From Podarcis cretensis (taxonomy: Eukaryota), in the NCBI GenBank assembly GCA_951804945.1, contig OX638150.1, positions 50,840,001 through 50,904,000 of the forward strand: a stretch of DNA of 64,000 bases. The letters run 5' to 3'. The notes beneath the pieces are model-generated. The model was given only the letters and a program-made list of their open reading frames with translations. It ran no database searches and was not told the origin of the DNA. Made by a program: the position numbers and the translations under genes. How positions within the stretch are numbered: the first letter of the stretch is position 1; each line of letters begins with the position of its first letter. Of this stretch, positions 48,101 through 61,599 are shown piece by piece.

Positions 48101-51100
48101 TATTTAAAAATGCTCAAAACTGTACAAACATGAAGAAAGCACACAGATGCCGCTTTTCCTTTAGTTACACTTTAGCTGCTTTAAGGGAGAATGACAAATA
48201 CAATTTGAGATTCCTTCATGGCCTTTAGCCATGGCTCTGCATCCTTTGAGGTTGGACTAGATGACCCTAGGGTTCCCCTTCCAACTCTACCATTCTATGA
48301 TTCCATGACTTCTGTGGCTTTTGACCCAGCTCTAAGGGTTTAGCAGGGATTTGAATCTGTCATTGCAAACATAGTGATAAAGACCTTAAGCAGCACCATG
48401 GTCTAGAGAGGAAATAAAGAGCCAGCCTAAACCTGAAAGTCCCTTCTTTTATTGGTGCTAAACAGACATAATTATTGTGTGTTTCTCTTCAAGTTTTCCT
48501 GCTGCCAGTGCTGTACTATAAAGATGGTAGGCCACTTGCTCTGTTAGGCTCATTTCTGACCTCTGAGCGATACAGCAGAGGTTTGGACATATGGGCAGAA
48601 ATAATTGAATTGCAGCTGGGAGTGTACTGGGGCTCCCAAGGAAGCAAGAAAGATGTTTTACTGGGTGACCCATATATCACTTTCCTGATTTTATTCAAAA
48701 CAAACACCTAGGAGGACAGATTCTAGGCTAATATTTTGGGGTACACAGATCCTCACCACCACCACCTCTAACATATTCCCACGGAGGTGACAGTGTTCCA
48801 TTAAGGTTCTTTGGAAATCTCCCTGGGGGTTCTGTATGGGAAAGTTCCAGGAGTCAGCAGCAACTGGAGCAATATATGACCACACTCCTCCAAGTCAGAA
48901 GCCAATCATGACTTGAAGGTAGGTCCATTGGTCACATGTGTGGACCATACATAGGGAACCGATGCCAAAGGGGAGCCATAGAAAGGCTCCAAGGGCAGGA
49001 ATTCCAGGCTCATCCCTCCAGTTTGCGGTTTCTGTGGCTCCTTTCCTTTTTCTTTGTGTGGGTTGTGGGGGCGGGGGAGCAAGGTCCCGGCTGTATATTG
49101 CCGGGCCCAAGGAGGACCCAAAATTAAGAGACAGGAGAAATTTCCACTCAACTCCTTCTGCTGTTGGTGGACCAAATTATGGGAACCCTATGTTTGCTGC
49201 AATGCCAGACTGGATGCAACAATGCACACACACACAAAGAGATCCACTGTGAGACAGGCAGGAAGTAATAGCCAATTATTGTTATTTTGCTGAGATCATT
49301 GAATGGTAACTTCTCTTTCGTTGCTTACCTCTCAAGGTATAGCATCCCAATGGCATTCTGCAAATAGGAATACGGTCACACACCTGCTCACTGATAAACA
49401 CTTCAGGAAACATAATCCTACCCTCCAACATTTCTCTGATGAAAATAGGGATGTCCTATTTCATCATCATCATCATCATCATCAAGGTCATCATCATCAT
49501 GTTTATACCCTGCCTATCTGACTGGGTTGCCCCAGCCACCCTGGGTGGCTTCCAAAATATTTAGAAACATAATAAACATTAAACATTTAAAAAACCCTTT
49601 CCTATACAGGAGCTGCCTTCAGATATCTTCTAAAGGTTGTATCGCTATTTCTCTCCTTGGATCAGAGGTCTCATAACTCCCTCCAACATTTCTTCAGTCA
49701 AACTAGGGACATCTTAATGAAAAGTGGGACATTCCAGGATCAAATCAGAAACAGGGATGACTTCTGTAAATCCGAGACTGTTCCTGGAAAACAGGGACAC
49801 TTGGAGGGTCTGAGCATAATTTATATCCACATTTCCACAGCAAGTCAGAATCATGGCCACGTCATCTCAGTGCTATTTCAAATGTTTGCATGAACGTGCA
49901 GAGGTGTACTGGGAATACATGAAGGAGGAAATGTTTTAAGGAAGCTAGTTCCTGAGAAGTGTTTCAATATTGTAAATATAAGGTTATGCGTGGATAATAC
50001 TGCTTTACTGCAGAACCAGGTGACTGTGATCCATATGTGAACAACAATGTGGTTCAAGGACTTCCCCACATGTGTTGTGCTCACTCAATCCATAGCAACA
50101 TTCTGTGGGATCTTTGTCCTCTGGGCTGATTCGTGGGGGGAAAGCACATGCGCAAATGCTTAACTATTCTGCCAACCTGATTTTGAATTCATTCTCAGAT
50201 TCACTTCGCTAATATTGCAACATTGACTCCAAAAACGTTGAGTTGAAGTGATTTCTTTATAGTCCTGGTCCCCAGATAAGGATTTAAGTCACTTGGGGTA
50301 AGGAGGGTTGGTTTCATGGCAATTATATCCCTTTGCTTATCCGTGCATCAACAGAAATCATTCAAACAATAATGCAGGTATCCATTAGGTGGCAGCATTA
50401 TACAACATTGTAAATCTGGAGCAAGAATGTTCACTGCTTGCTTTTTAATACCCATATATGGTCTACTTGCAGGCACCTAGGTGGAGACCTGTTTTTCCTG
50501 ATTCTCCAAGAAGGCATGACTCAAGCTTCCAAACGGCTCAGCTCTCATAAAAAGCACCCATAAAAGAAAACTAGAAGTGCTTTTGTGTGCTTCTCAGCCA
50601 TAAACCATTTGCACATCGCTATCCAAAGAAGAACAAGAGGGCATTATGACAAAAGAGCACCTCACTTAGCAACAAAACTATCATGGGAGATTATGTACCA
50701 GAGATATCACAACCATCGCTGAAAAGCCATTTTCGGTGGCTCTTAAAACTCTATTCTTGTGCCAACTTTCTTTCGGGAGATCAGGGACAGTTAGCACACA
50801 TGCGAAGAAGGGGGAAGTACAAATAAATGAAAAATATCAAGTCCTCCTCAGCAACGAGCAATTCTCTGGAGGGTAGAAACTGCTGGAGGATGAGAGCAAA
50901 AGCGAGGACAAATAAAAAACGACAACCAAGATAGTTGGGCTGGAAAATCCTTACCGGCATCACAGTGCTAAATTAGAACAGCTGATTTGATAACTCCCAG
51001 CAGGAATGCATCTGCAGAAGTTAACTGCATGGCATGCATATTGCCAATGCACTCCAGAGAGGCTGGTTGCTGATCAAGGACATGAAGATACATCAAAGTA

Positions 51101-51742
51101 CATTGGTCTAGACCTGCCAAAGAAAAATATAAAGTGGTTCTGTATTAAGGAAATTGAGAGGGGGGGGACTCTACCATTCCACTCCACATTCAGCCCATTA
51201 TGTCTCTGAGGAGAGAATTAAGCAGTCTCAAAATAGCAGGCAATCTGAGGTGCCAAATATAACTCAATGTATTTTTTAAAAGCTGAAGTTGGGCACTTAA
51301 CATTAATCTCTCTAACAAATAAATCTTATAACACATCGACTTGGGAGTAAGTCCCACAGTGTTCTTACTCCAACGAAAGGGTGGCTAGGATTGTGGCCTG
51401 AGCCTCCTTGATGTACCTGACAAGGTACAAAGAGGAAGGAAGCCTAAATTTAAGTGGGAAGCGTATAAAGGTATTTTAAAAAAAGTACAGATGCATGAAC
51501 AGATGTTCTATATTTTTATTATTTAATATATTGATTAGTTACTTTTTCCTGCCAGTGCAACTCAGTACAACCTACAAAACACACAAAAAAACCCATTAAA
51601 ATCAAGGGGTGGAAATTCATACATTAAAAACATCCAGCCCCCATTAAAATGACTAAGATTATCAGACACAACAAGGATATTAAAACTTGGAGCAGCCATC
51701 CATAGAAGACCTTCTACTTTTAAAATAAAGCCATGCAGGAAC

Positions 51743-51914
51743 CATGGGTGTAGCCAATAGGGAAGGGAGCAGGGAGCAGCTGCCCCCCCCCATCAAGTAA
51801 AACAATAGAAATAACTATCTGACCAATCATGTCGGTTCTGCCCCCACTAATAAAAGTTCTGCCCCCCCAGAAAAGTACTGCTCCCCCCCAACAAAAATCC
51901 TGGCTACACCCATG
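51743..51914. mobile_element. hAT-type MITE (172 bp)
   Basis: TIR CATGGGTGTAGCCA / TGGCTACACCCATG; 8-bp TSD GCAGGAAC. Confidence 0.85.
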
Positions 51915-52990
51915 GCAGGAACTAACAATAACCTTGCAAGAGTATGATGGAACAGGCCTACAATCATGCATGGATATGCACTGTATAAAAATTCAGAGTT
52001 ACAGCAACATTCAGGGTTACAGCAAATTACAAGTTATTCCAGTTGGAGCTGCTAGCAAAGAATTGGGCTGCTGCCAAAGCAGTAAAAGACATAGCAATAT
52101 GAAGGGCTATAGCAGTACTTGATTACTCTTCAGTTTTCTCCAGGCTTTAAATCAGACTTGGAAAAGGAGCATTTTCTGTCTCAGCTTGGAGACCCTGTAT
52201 CACACACACCCTGTGGTGTCCTGTACATATACATAATATTATGTATTATCTCACTTATGTATTTGCAAACATGAGTGATTCTTTTTTTAAATATAAAAAG
52301 TTAGCTTCTCAGTTATAGGTAGGCTTAAAATGTTTTATCATCCAGCAGATATAACTGAAGCCAAATATTTAAGAGCAGCCTTTGGCTAACCAGGCTTTCC
52401 ATGCAAACTGGTTACTAATGAAATGAGATACATGGGAGGCAGAAACAATCATGGGTTGGGGGAAGCAATCGTGTTCTGCAGAGCCAGAAGAATTTTCCTC
52501 CGCCACTTTGCTCTTGTTTCTATTTTGGTGCTAAAGTGCCAAAAAAAGAAAAATGAAGAACTTCCAGGCAAGCATGACCTACTTCCTCCTGTGTGTTCCA
52601 GTTCAGCTGGATTTGCTGCAGTGCCTTAAAGAAAGACCTGAGAACACCTGACACTGTAGAATCGCGGAAGCTATGGATATGAACCTGGTAAGTGCTTAGA
52701 TTGGAAATCACGGGCAGCCCTGAGTAAGCAGTTTTGAAATTTCCTAGGAGGAACAGAAGTGTAGGTTGTGATTCAAAGAGATACCCAGGCTCTGCATGAG
52801 AGCTTTTTCGCCACTGCTCTTTAGCACAGCCCCTGTGTTTCCCACCCCGCCATAAGCTTTCCCTGCATTTTGGGGAATCCTTTGGAGTACCATTCTGTCA
52901 TGTATGAGGACTTACCTCTAGAAGGGGGTGGGGAATAAGCAGATCCTTTCACTAGGATATGGAAGAACTTTGTGGATGTTGACAGGATGC

Positions 52991-53180
52991 CATAGGAGCC
53001 AACTCCTAGGGGCCGTGGTGGCTTGTGCCCCCACAATAAAATATTTGACTGGGCTGGAGCCCCCCAAAGTTGATGGGCATTGCCATTCAAATGGTGTATG
53101 TGTACAGTGTCATTTGATGGATTATGCAGGGCGGGGCTTACCTGGTCCCCCACAATATTTTATTCAAGTTGGCGCCCCTG
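52991..53180. mobile_element. hAT-type MITE; second, truncated copy at ~45867-46030
   Basis: Imperfect TIR CATAGGAGCCAAC / GTTGGCGCCCCTG; TSD CAGGATGC / CAGGATGT (7 of 8). Confidence 0.7.
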
Positions 53181-55199
53181 CAGGATGTGGGTGATGTCAG
53201 AAGCATGATGAAGTTACTGTAAGGTTGTCTCGTGTAAATAAAAGCCTTGCTTCTTGCCACTAGCACACAAGAGGTTAGCTATATGCATGAAGGTGGCTCA
53301 TCTGAACTACCCATATGTCTCCACAGAATCCATCTTGCAGTTTTCTTGCGAGAATAAAGACAGCAATGTTGTAAAGGATGGGGAGAAATAAAATGAAAAC
53401 GGAATAAAATGAAAGTGGCTTTGAAAAACTAGTTAGCTCAGCGATGAAGCTGACCTCTTTACTATCTGCTCATGAAACCAAACTGCACTCACCTGTGCTT
53501 AAGCAAACTATTGCTTCCAGTCCAGAGGTTAGTAGCGCCCAAGTTATGATGAGATCAGTAGGCCACCCTGTCATGAATATGCATCACTCGTTTCAACTCG
53601 ATTTATTCTCGCTGAGGTAATAAAGCCATGTCTGGACAGTGCTGCAGTACTTCAGACTGCAGTTGAGCTGATATGATGGAATCCTCCACAGTAAAAAATA
53701 ACAAGATAAATAAATCCCTACGTATAGAGAACTAGCATGTCAGGGAGGAGGCTAGGTTGGAAACCTGTTCCCAGACATCTAGTATTTTATAGAGAGGGGA
53801 AATTTTGTATGGAGGAGCATTTCAGAGTCCCCACCCGCAGCCTGAAGTGCTACAGACACAGGTTTGCTAAGTAGGAGTTTTGTATCAATTAATCTATTGG
53901 CAAGCAGTCATTTAAGGCTATGTTAAGGTTTGGAGAAATGATGAACGCAGGGTAAGGGACTGCTAAATCCCCCCCCCTCCTGCCCCAGGACTGTTATGCT
54001 CAAAATCTCTCCACATACAAGCAATACTAGCAGTGGTATCTTTTCTAGAGCACAAACATGTTGGTGAACTCTTTTCCAACCATTCTTTGGGTTGGGGACA
54101 AAAGGAAATCCTGCAGGCCCAACCCCAAAAGGGCTCGCTCATATTGTCATTTAATGTGGCTAGTAACCATCCTGTACCTTCATGAGTTCTCTGTTGTTCA
54201 CCTGACGTTCTCCTCCATTCACTGCCTCCCACACCTTCCCTTCCCTCAACCTGGATTTTTTCCTGCCAACTGAGCAGCTCAGAGTGCCCAGGTAGAGATC
54301 AGGGGCTGAGAAATAATTGAAAGGAAGGGACGTCAGAAGAGGTAAGTTCTCAAAAAGTGAACGACCCCGACTCAAACAAAAGTGAAAGGTTTCTAGAACC
54401 TTTAAATGCATGCTGTCAATCTGCCCTTATGGTTTGAGCCTCCAGCCCCAAGTACTTAAGGATATCCCCCCCAAAAAAGTTCTGAAAGGCAGCCAGAGGG
54501 GAGTGGAATGGGACTCCTCTCTTGTCTCTCACCTCCTGCCCCCCCCTCCAATCCTTGGCAATGTGTTTGATGGCCAGCTCTGTGGTGGGAGGGGAGGAAG
54601 GAGGGATGTTTGCAGACAAACGAAACATGCATGCAGGTTCATTCATGCGTACTCATGATCAAGGAGAAAGGGGTGGTGGGTGCAGAGGTGGGCTAGAGGC
54701 AGGCAAATAGGAAAAGCATGAAATAAACACACCTACAAGTATGGACAAGGAGGATAGTTTGATCCAAGTATTAAGAAAGTACAAAGCGATCAGGTTTGGA
54801 CTACGATGGACCAATTCAGTAAGAAAAATGTGGATTTTTAGACATTTTATGTGATGGTGTGGATGAGTCCTAAACTGGAGGAAAGACATTTTCCCAAAAT
54901 TTCTAAGGCATTGTGACTTACCTTAGTTAACCTTACAAGGTGGCTAAGAGTTTTCCATTATTTTCCTTGGTTGTTTTTTTTTTTTAAAAAAAAACTTTTA
55001 AAAAGGCCTGCCCAGCTCACAGCAGTGCACACTGCAGTTTCCTGTTGCCGCACTAACTGAAATGCCATAGGAATGACACCACATTGCATCGCTGCCAAGC
55101 CATTCTGGAAAGTGAGGCCAGTGGGAAGTGGCAGTAGGCATTCAGCAGCCTCCACCCAGCTGTACTTCCTGGAATGCCAAGGGAGTAATGCAATTTGAA

Positions 55200-56312
55200 C
55201 ACAAGAAAATGTTGGCTGAATCAGGCCAAATACCCATCTAGTCCAGCATCCTGTTCTTACAGTAGCCAACCAGATGTTCACAAGCAGGACCTGAGTGGAA
55301 TTCATCTTTTTCACAGCTGCTACATACTGGATCAACATCTTTGAGCTATCCACTATACCCCCAAGTTCTTGTTCTTGGTGAATCACCATCAGTTCAGGCC
55401 TGATTAGTTTACATGTGAAATCAGGAAGATGAGAGATGAGAGATAGATAGACGATAGATATTTGTGCCAATCTGCATCACTTTGCACCTGCTTATGCTGA
55501 ATTGCATTCACCATTGTACTGCCCATTCACCTAATTTGGTAAGATCCTCTTGATCCCTTTTTGCTTAACCACCCTAAACAATTTGGTACCATTGACCTCA
55601 CTGCTCACAACTAACTCTAGATCATTTATGAACAAGTTAAAAAGCACAGGTCTCAACACATCTCCTTTGGGGACTCTACTTTCTATACCCCTCCACTGTG
55701 AGAACTGTCCATTTAGGGGACCTCTCCTCTTATTCTGCAACAGCTAAACATACTCAGGAGTTTTTGGTAAGGGACTCTTATCAAAAGCTTTTTGAACAAG
55801 TTTGCAATGTCAGCTGGGTCACCTTTATCTATATACTTGTTGACACTCTCAAAGAACTGTACAGAGTTAGAGAGATAGTGAGAGACTCTTGCAAAAGTCA
55901 TACTGGTTCTGCTTCAGAAAGACATATTATTCTATGTGCTTGGTATTTTTATCTTTAGTAGCAGTTTTACCAGAACAGATGTTTAGTGAACTGGCATGTA
56001 ATATTTAAGATTCCCCCAGGATTCCTTTTTTAAAATTGGTGTTACCTTGGCCATTTTTCAGTCCTCGGGTATGGAGCCTGCTCTTAAGTTACATATTTTT
56101 GTTAGACTATCAGCAATTTCACATTTGAGTTATTTTAGAGCTCTCAGGTGGATGCCATCTGGTGATTTGTCAGCTTTTAATTTGTCAATAAGACCTAGAA
56201 ATGTGTCTCTTGTCACTGCAACTTGCCTCAGTTCCAAGGACTCCATTCTCTGTAACATTTGTTCGGGAACAGATATTTGCCATACATCTTCGGTCGCAAA
56301 GACAGATGCAAA
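55200..56312 (-). mobile_element. Decayed CR1 LINE (RT region to 3' end)
   Basis: Minus-strand peptides FASVF, FFESVNKYIDKGDP, NGQFSQW...VPKGDVLRPVLFNLFINDLE, TKLFRVVK, LGGIVDSS. Confidence 0.75.
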
Positions 56313-58277
56313 TGTACTAGAAAGTGATGGATATCAACAATTGCTTGATACTGAAAGCATATGCTGACGACTTGGTAATATCAGTGGAGGACCCAAAACA
56401 AAGTATCGACAAAGTCCTGGTACTTCTAGAGGAATTTGGGAAAGTAGCGGGCTTTAAGTTAAACAAAACGAAAACTAAAATGATGGTTAAGAACATGGGA
56501 GAAGATCTAAGGAGGCAGTTAGAATTTCAATCGGGAATCAAAGAAGCAAAAAAGGTAAAATACCTAGGAGTGTAGCTAACGATGAAAAATATAAATTTAA
56601 TGGCTGATAACTACACAAATACCTGGAAGGAAATCCAAAAGGAATTAGATATTTGGAATAGGATAAAACTCTCCTGGTGAGGTAGAATGGCAGCAATTAA
56701 GATGTGCATACTGCTGAAACTATTATTCTTATTCCAAAATGTCCCGGTGATTAGAGGAAGTGTAATATTCAAAAATTGGCAGAAAATTCTCTCTAAATTC
56801 ATATGGCAAGGCAAAAGACCAAGAATTAGATTTAAATTGTTAACGGATAGAAAAGACAAAGGAGGATTCTCGGTCCCAAATTTGAGATTGTATTATGAAG
56901 CCTCGTGCCTTTGCTGGCTTAGAGAATGGATTACCTTAAAAAATACAGATCTGCTAGACTTAGAAGGCTTCGATTTAAGATTTGGTTGGCATGCTTATCT
57001 CTGGCAGAATAAGGAGAAGGTGCATAAAGGCTTCTCAAACCACATTATCAGAGGAACACTGTTAGAAGCATGGGAAAAGTATAGAAAACTATTGGGGAAA
57101 AATACCCCCTGGTGGCTATCGCCTATTGATATCTTAACTATTAAAAAAATAAACATGGAAGGTGAGAGATTGACCTATGAAGATCTCCTGGTAAGATCGG
57201 AAAGAGGATGGAAAATTAGACCATACGAAGAGTTAAAAAGCAAATTAACATGTTGGTTGTAGTATCATCAAATTAACGTCTTATGGAAGGAAGATAAAAA
57301 GATTGGAATGAATGAGAAAAAATCTAAGTTCCAGGTAGAGATAATAGAAAGCAAAACAAAACTCCTATCTAAAATGTATAATCAGCTATTAGATTGGGAC
57401 ACCAAGGACGAAGAGGTCAAGGAGGTTATGGTAAAATGGGCAACAGACATTGGATATAATTTGGATTTTGACAAATGGACGAGGTTGTGGACTAAAGGAA
57501 TGAAATTTACAGCCTGCACTACCCTTAGAGAAAATATGGAAAAGATGATGTACCGTTGGTACATCACCCCTGTGAAATTGCAAAAAATGTATAAGACTGG
57601 TGATAAAAGGTGTTGGAAGTGTAAATCCAAAGAAGGAAGTTTCTACCACTTGTGGTGGAAATGTGAAGAAGTTAAAAAAAAATGGGAATCCATATACAAC
57701 GAACTGAAAGAAATACTTAAATACACTTTCGTTAAAAAGCCCGAAGCCTTCCTTCTGGGAATGATCGGAGATGAGATTAAGAAAGAAGACCATATAATGT
57801 TTCAATACGCAACTGTAGCTGCCAGGATTCTGTTAGCACAAAACTGGAAAACCCCAAATATCCTGACCGTTAAAGACTGGCAAATTAAATTATTTGAATA
57901 TATGGATTTGGCAAAAATGACGCAGAATATCAGACAGCAAAAAGGTACAAAGTTTATTGACGATTGGACCAAATTCATAACATACATGGAAACAAACTCT
58001 AGAGACATAAAAATCACAGTAGGTTTAATATAACCCTTGTGATGTGTAGATGATATAAAATGAAAAACTGCAGAATGGATGTAATATTTACATAACCCAA
58101 AACCGAGATGGAGGGAAGTCAACCGTTATTTGTTGTTAATTAATGTTTGTCTTCTGGTTTGTTCATGTTTTTTGTGTTGGTTGATGTTTTTGTTTTTGTT
58201 TTTGTTTTGTTTTTTGGTGTGTGCTGTTTCTTTTTCTTTTTCTTTTTTGTTGTTTGGTTATAGAAAATGAATAAAAA
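56313..58277 (+). mobile_element. 5'-truncated L1-clade LINE, ORF2 3' half (RT YADD to CCHC knuckle) + 3'UTR
   Basis: AYADDL, FGKVAGFKLNKTKT, KYLGV, GGFSVPNLRLYY, CWKC..EGSFYHLWWKC; three ORF-track pieces share one frame separated by point stops; GT-rich 3'UTR and AATAAA near 58270. Confidence 0.9.
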
Positions 58278-58512
58278 GGGGGGGGGAATTGCTTGATATG
58301 ATGTTGTACAGTCTCCACACAAACAAGTCAGAATGAATGCAGCTGATATCATATATCATATAACCTTCACACAAACGCTGTGTAAACAAATTGGGATGAA
58401 TACGCAATAAACAGGCGTTTGGAAGCAACACGTGTTAGGACTTCCTTTGCAGCTGTCCATTTAGATAGATACTTGCTAACACTATGGTCACTGTTTCCAA
58501 TCAGTTCAACAA

Positions 58513-58652
58513 CCGGATAGGTCAGTTGGTAGAACATGAGAGTCTTAATCTTAGGGTTGTGGGTTTGAGCCCCACCTTGGGCAAAAAGATTCCTGCATTC
58601 CAGGGGGTTGGACTAGATGACCCTCATGATCCCTTCCAGCTCTACAATTATA
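58513..58652 (+). mobile_element. tRNA-Lys-derived SINE with CR1 3' tail
   Basis: Same family as 41224-41352 with a fuller tRNA head (ccggataggtcagttggtagaacatgagagtcttaatc). Confidence 0.78.
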
Positions 58653-58654
58653 TT

Positions 58655-58790
58655 ATTCTAGTTACATCTTCCACAAGGTCCTGGGCATTACTTAATACTA
58701 AGTCTATGGCTGCCACCCCTCTAGTCAGTTCCATGACCAACTGTACTACGGCATTGTCACACTGCATCACTCCAAAGCAAAGGCATTGCA
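58655..58790 (-). mobile_element. CR1 LINE endonuclease-end fragment, probably the upstream part of the 55.2-56.3 kb CR1
   Basis: QLVMELTRGVAAIDLVLSNAQDLVEDV resembles the CR1 PTR...LDLVL motif. Confidence 0.6.
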
Positions 58791-60767
58791 TAAAGTGCTG
58801 AAAGCCCTGTGACACTATTAAAAAGCAAGCAACGTGGAAAACATTTGGACTCCTCATGAGGTTAACAAAGATAAGGGCAGCTCCTCCCTCAAAAACAAAA
58901 TGGCGGAAACTACTTCTGTCCCAAGAAATGAGTAGGAAGCTGGTCCATATTTTCAGCAGGGATGTTTCCGGGAAACTGGGAGGTAAGGATTTTGGCCTAG
59001 ACTTAATCCTTTCACCAACAGATGGGAAAGCAATCCAACAGGAAAAAGGTTACATAGACTCTTCTCTTTATCCCTCTTCTGATTATATTTGCATCCCACT
59101 GCAGCTTTTTCAAAAAGAAAAAAACCTAACTCCAGAAACTTGCTAAATACAGCTTATGTGTTATACATATCTCTCAAGATCTAACTAAGACATTTAATTT
59201 GGCTTCAAGTACTAGGCCTACCATTCGTTTCAAGATTTTGCTTGTTAGCATATTCATGCAAAATACCGTATGCACTTATGATTTACTGTGCATTGTACCA
59301 GTCATCTATTGCTTGATTAGGCAGATGTTTCCTGTGTTCTCACGCTTATGAGAGAGAAAAAGCGGAAGTGCAAGCAGACAGAACTTTGAAAGCCAGGTGT
59401 TTTTGCTTACTCAAGAGCCACATTAAATGAGAGAAAACGAGATGTTAGTTGCTTAGGGTAAGAAGGAAGCTATGTGATTATGCTCAGAGACGGTTCAGTT
59501 TCACTGAGATAACTATTAGGACAAATGCCAACATATATTGAAAAATACACGCACCAATATTTGTACAGTAATACTCATGAGTATTGTGCTTAAGACAGCC
59601 ATGCACAAGAGAAAAGCACTGGCTGACTTGAGGTAAACCTGAGGGACACACAACAATTTTGAAATATGGAAATATTTCTATATATCTCCAAGCCAGCCCA
59701 TAATAACTCAATGGTATGGAATGCTGAGAAGTGGAGAGCTGAAATACCTGGCAGCCAGGTAGGAGGGGGGCTTAGAATGGAGTGGCTGGAAAAGGACATA
59801 CAGACAAGCATATGTATGGTAGAATGAACCATTGTCTGGACAGGTCATTTCTTGGTTCACACTGAGGAGGCCTTTTTAATTATTCCCAGGAATGGAAGTG
59901 AGAAAATTAAGAAATATCAAATTAAGATATCAAATTTTGATATAGCTGGGCCTCAGTGTGTCCACTCCAACCCATCCCTCAAAAGAGCACCCCAGAATAG
60001 AAACAGATATGAATTCCTGCTCTTTCTAATTCAGTTCTTATTTAGCATGAACCTGTTTGGCCCTGACACCAAAATCTTTTCAGCACCAAGTTAAGATTTT
60101 TCTTTTCTTGAACTATCAAAATACAGTTTAATCAAGCTGTGTGAAGGGTTTATGCTAGTGCCACTCTTGGTTGCTGATAAATTTCTCACCCCGTCTGTGG
60201 AACCTGGAGTTTTATATATTGATTTTCCATTATGGTGTACATTTTAAACAATTTTGCACGTTTTTAACTTGATTATAGGTCACCTAGATCCTAGAACAAG
60301 CATGGGGAACTGTTTCCAGCTGGCGGACATAATCCTACACTCCAGAAACCGTGCAGCCCATTTTGAGCGGTGCACCTGTCAATCATCTGATGTCACAATG
60401 ACAACAGGTGAAACATTTTCTCAGGTGGTGAAATGTTTTCCTTTGCCCATGCGATTTGAAATCCAACACCACAGGCAAAGACTCTATGAGGGTTGCAGAT
60501 GCTGATGTCTGCCAGCACCTGCGAACCCCAATTCTTTTGCCAAACTGGTTTGAAAGCCAAGGGATTGGAAGCTACCACTAACTTCAAACTCTGCTTTAGG
60601 CTGGGAGTCACATCTTTACATGCCCTCCCCTCATGTCACACGTGGTACAGATGGACATGGACTAAGGATAACGTTCTTGGGGCCCAAATTAGGGCTGCTT
60701 GTGTGCCATAAATGTCCCACCATTGGTGTAGAGACCGCTGTGTCTCAGAAGACCAATGCAATAAATA

Positions 60768-60993
60768 CAGTGGTACCTCAGGTTACATACGCTTCAGGTT
60801 ACAGACTCCACTAACCCAGAAATATTACCTTGGATTAAGAACTTTGCTTCTGTATGAGAACAGAAATCATGCAGCGGCGGCGCAAAGGCAGCAGGAGGCC
60901 CCATTAGCTAAAGTGGTGTTTCAGGTTAAGAACAGCTTCAGGTTAAGAAGCGACCTCCATATTGAATTAAGTTCTTAACCTGAGGTACCACTG
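60768..60993. mobile_element. Intact Tc1/mariner-type MITE (226 bp)
   Basis: Perfect 18-bp TIR CAGTGGTACCTCAGGTTA, flanked by TA on both sides. Confidence 0.88.
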
Positions 60994-61145
60994 TACATAA
61001 TTTGTGCCACACTTTTCTTCCCTGGAACTCAGATAGGTGTAGATGCCCTCCACCTGCATTTTAGCCTTGCAATTTGGGCATTTCCCTCCTGCTTCTTCTA
61101 AAGGTTTTCTGGATTGTATTCCTGTATGCCCAACATGAGTTTGTT

Positions 61146-61232
61146 CAAACTGCGGGAGGCATGGAAGACAGGAGTGCCTGGCATGCTCTGGTCCAGGGGG
61201 TCATGAAGAGTCGGACACGACTAAACAACAAC
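61146..61232 (+). mobile_element. Short BovB 3'-end fragment
   Basis: Matches the last ~90 nt of the 31.0-kb BovB copy (aaactgcgggaggca...gagtcggacacgactaaacaacaac). Confidence 0.75.
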
Positions 61233-61599
61233 GCCCATTCACTTGGGCATCTAACATAATTAGACGTGTGGACCCTATGGAAAGTGTGGTGTAGTGGTTA
61301 AGAGGGTAGGACCAAGACCTGGGAGACCAGGGTTTAAATCCCAACCCAGCCATGAAGCTCAGACTAACCTACCCCGCAGGGTTGTTGTGGGGATTACATG
61401 AGGAGGCGGAAGAGACACGCACGCCACCCCGAATTCCATGCAGCATGAACGCGATAAAAAGCAAACGATCAAGCCCCGCACACCTGGCACTTTCCAGTTA
61501 CAGTATAAGGGCTTGAACCGGTTGCTTCAGTCACTTCGAGAAGCCTCTCTTGGACTATACGCTATATTAAACTTTTCTTTCTTTCTTGTCTCCCCCTGC

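Noticed and set aside
58513-58590. tRNA-Lys-like sequence (also 41224-41280; tRNA-Ala-like at 8593 and 26752)
   Set aside because: Mutated stems and anticodon arms and direct fusion to a LINE-derived tail show these are SINE heads, not tRNA genes
47719-59370. Isolated PU.1-like sites (GAAAGGAAGTG near 47719; AAAGCGGAAGTG at 59359)
   Set aside because: Single short motifs expected by chance in 64 kb; no clustering evidence
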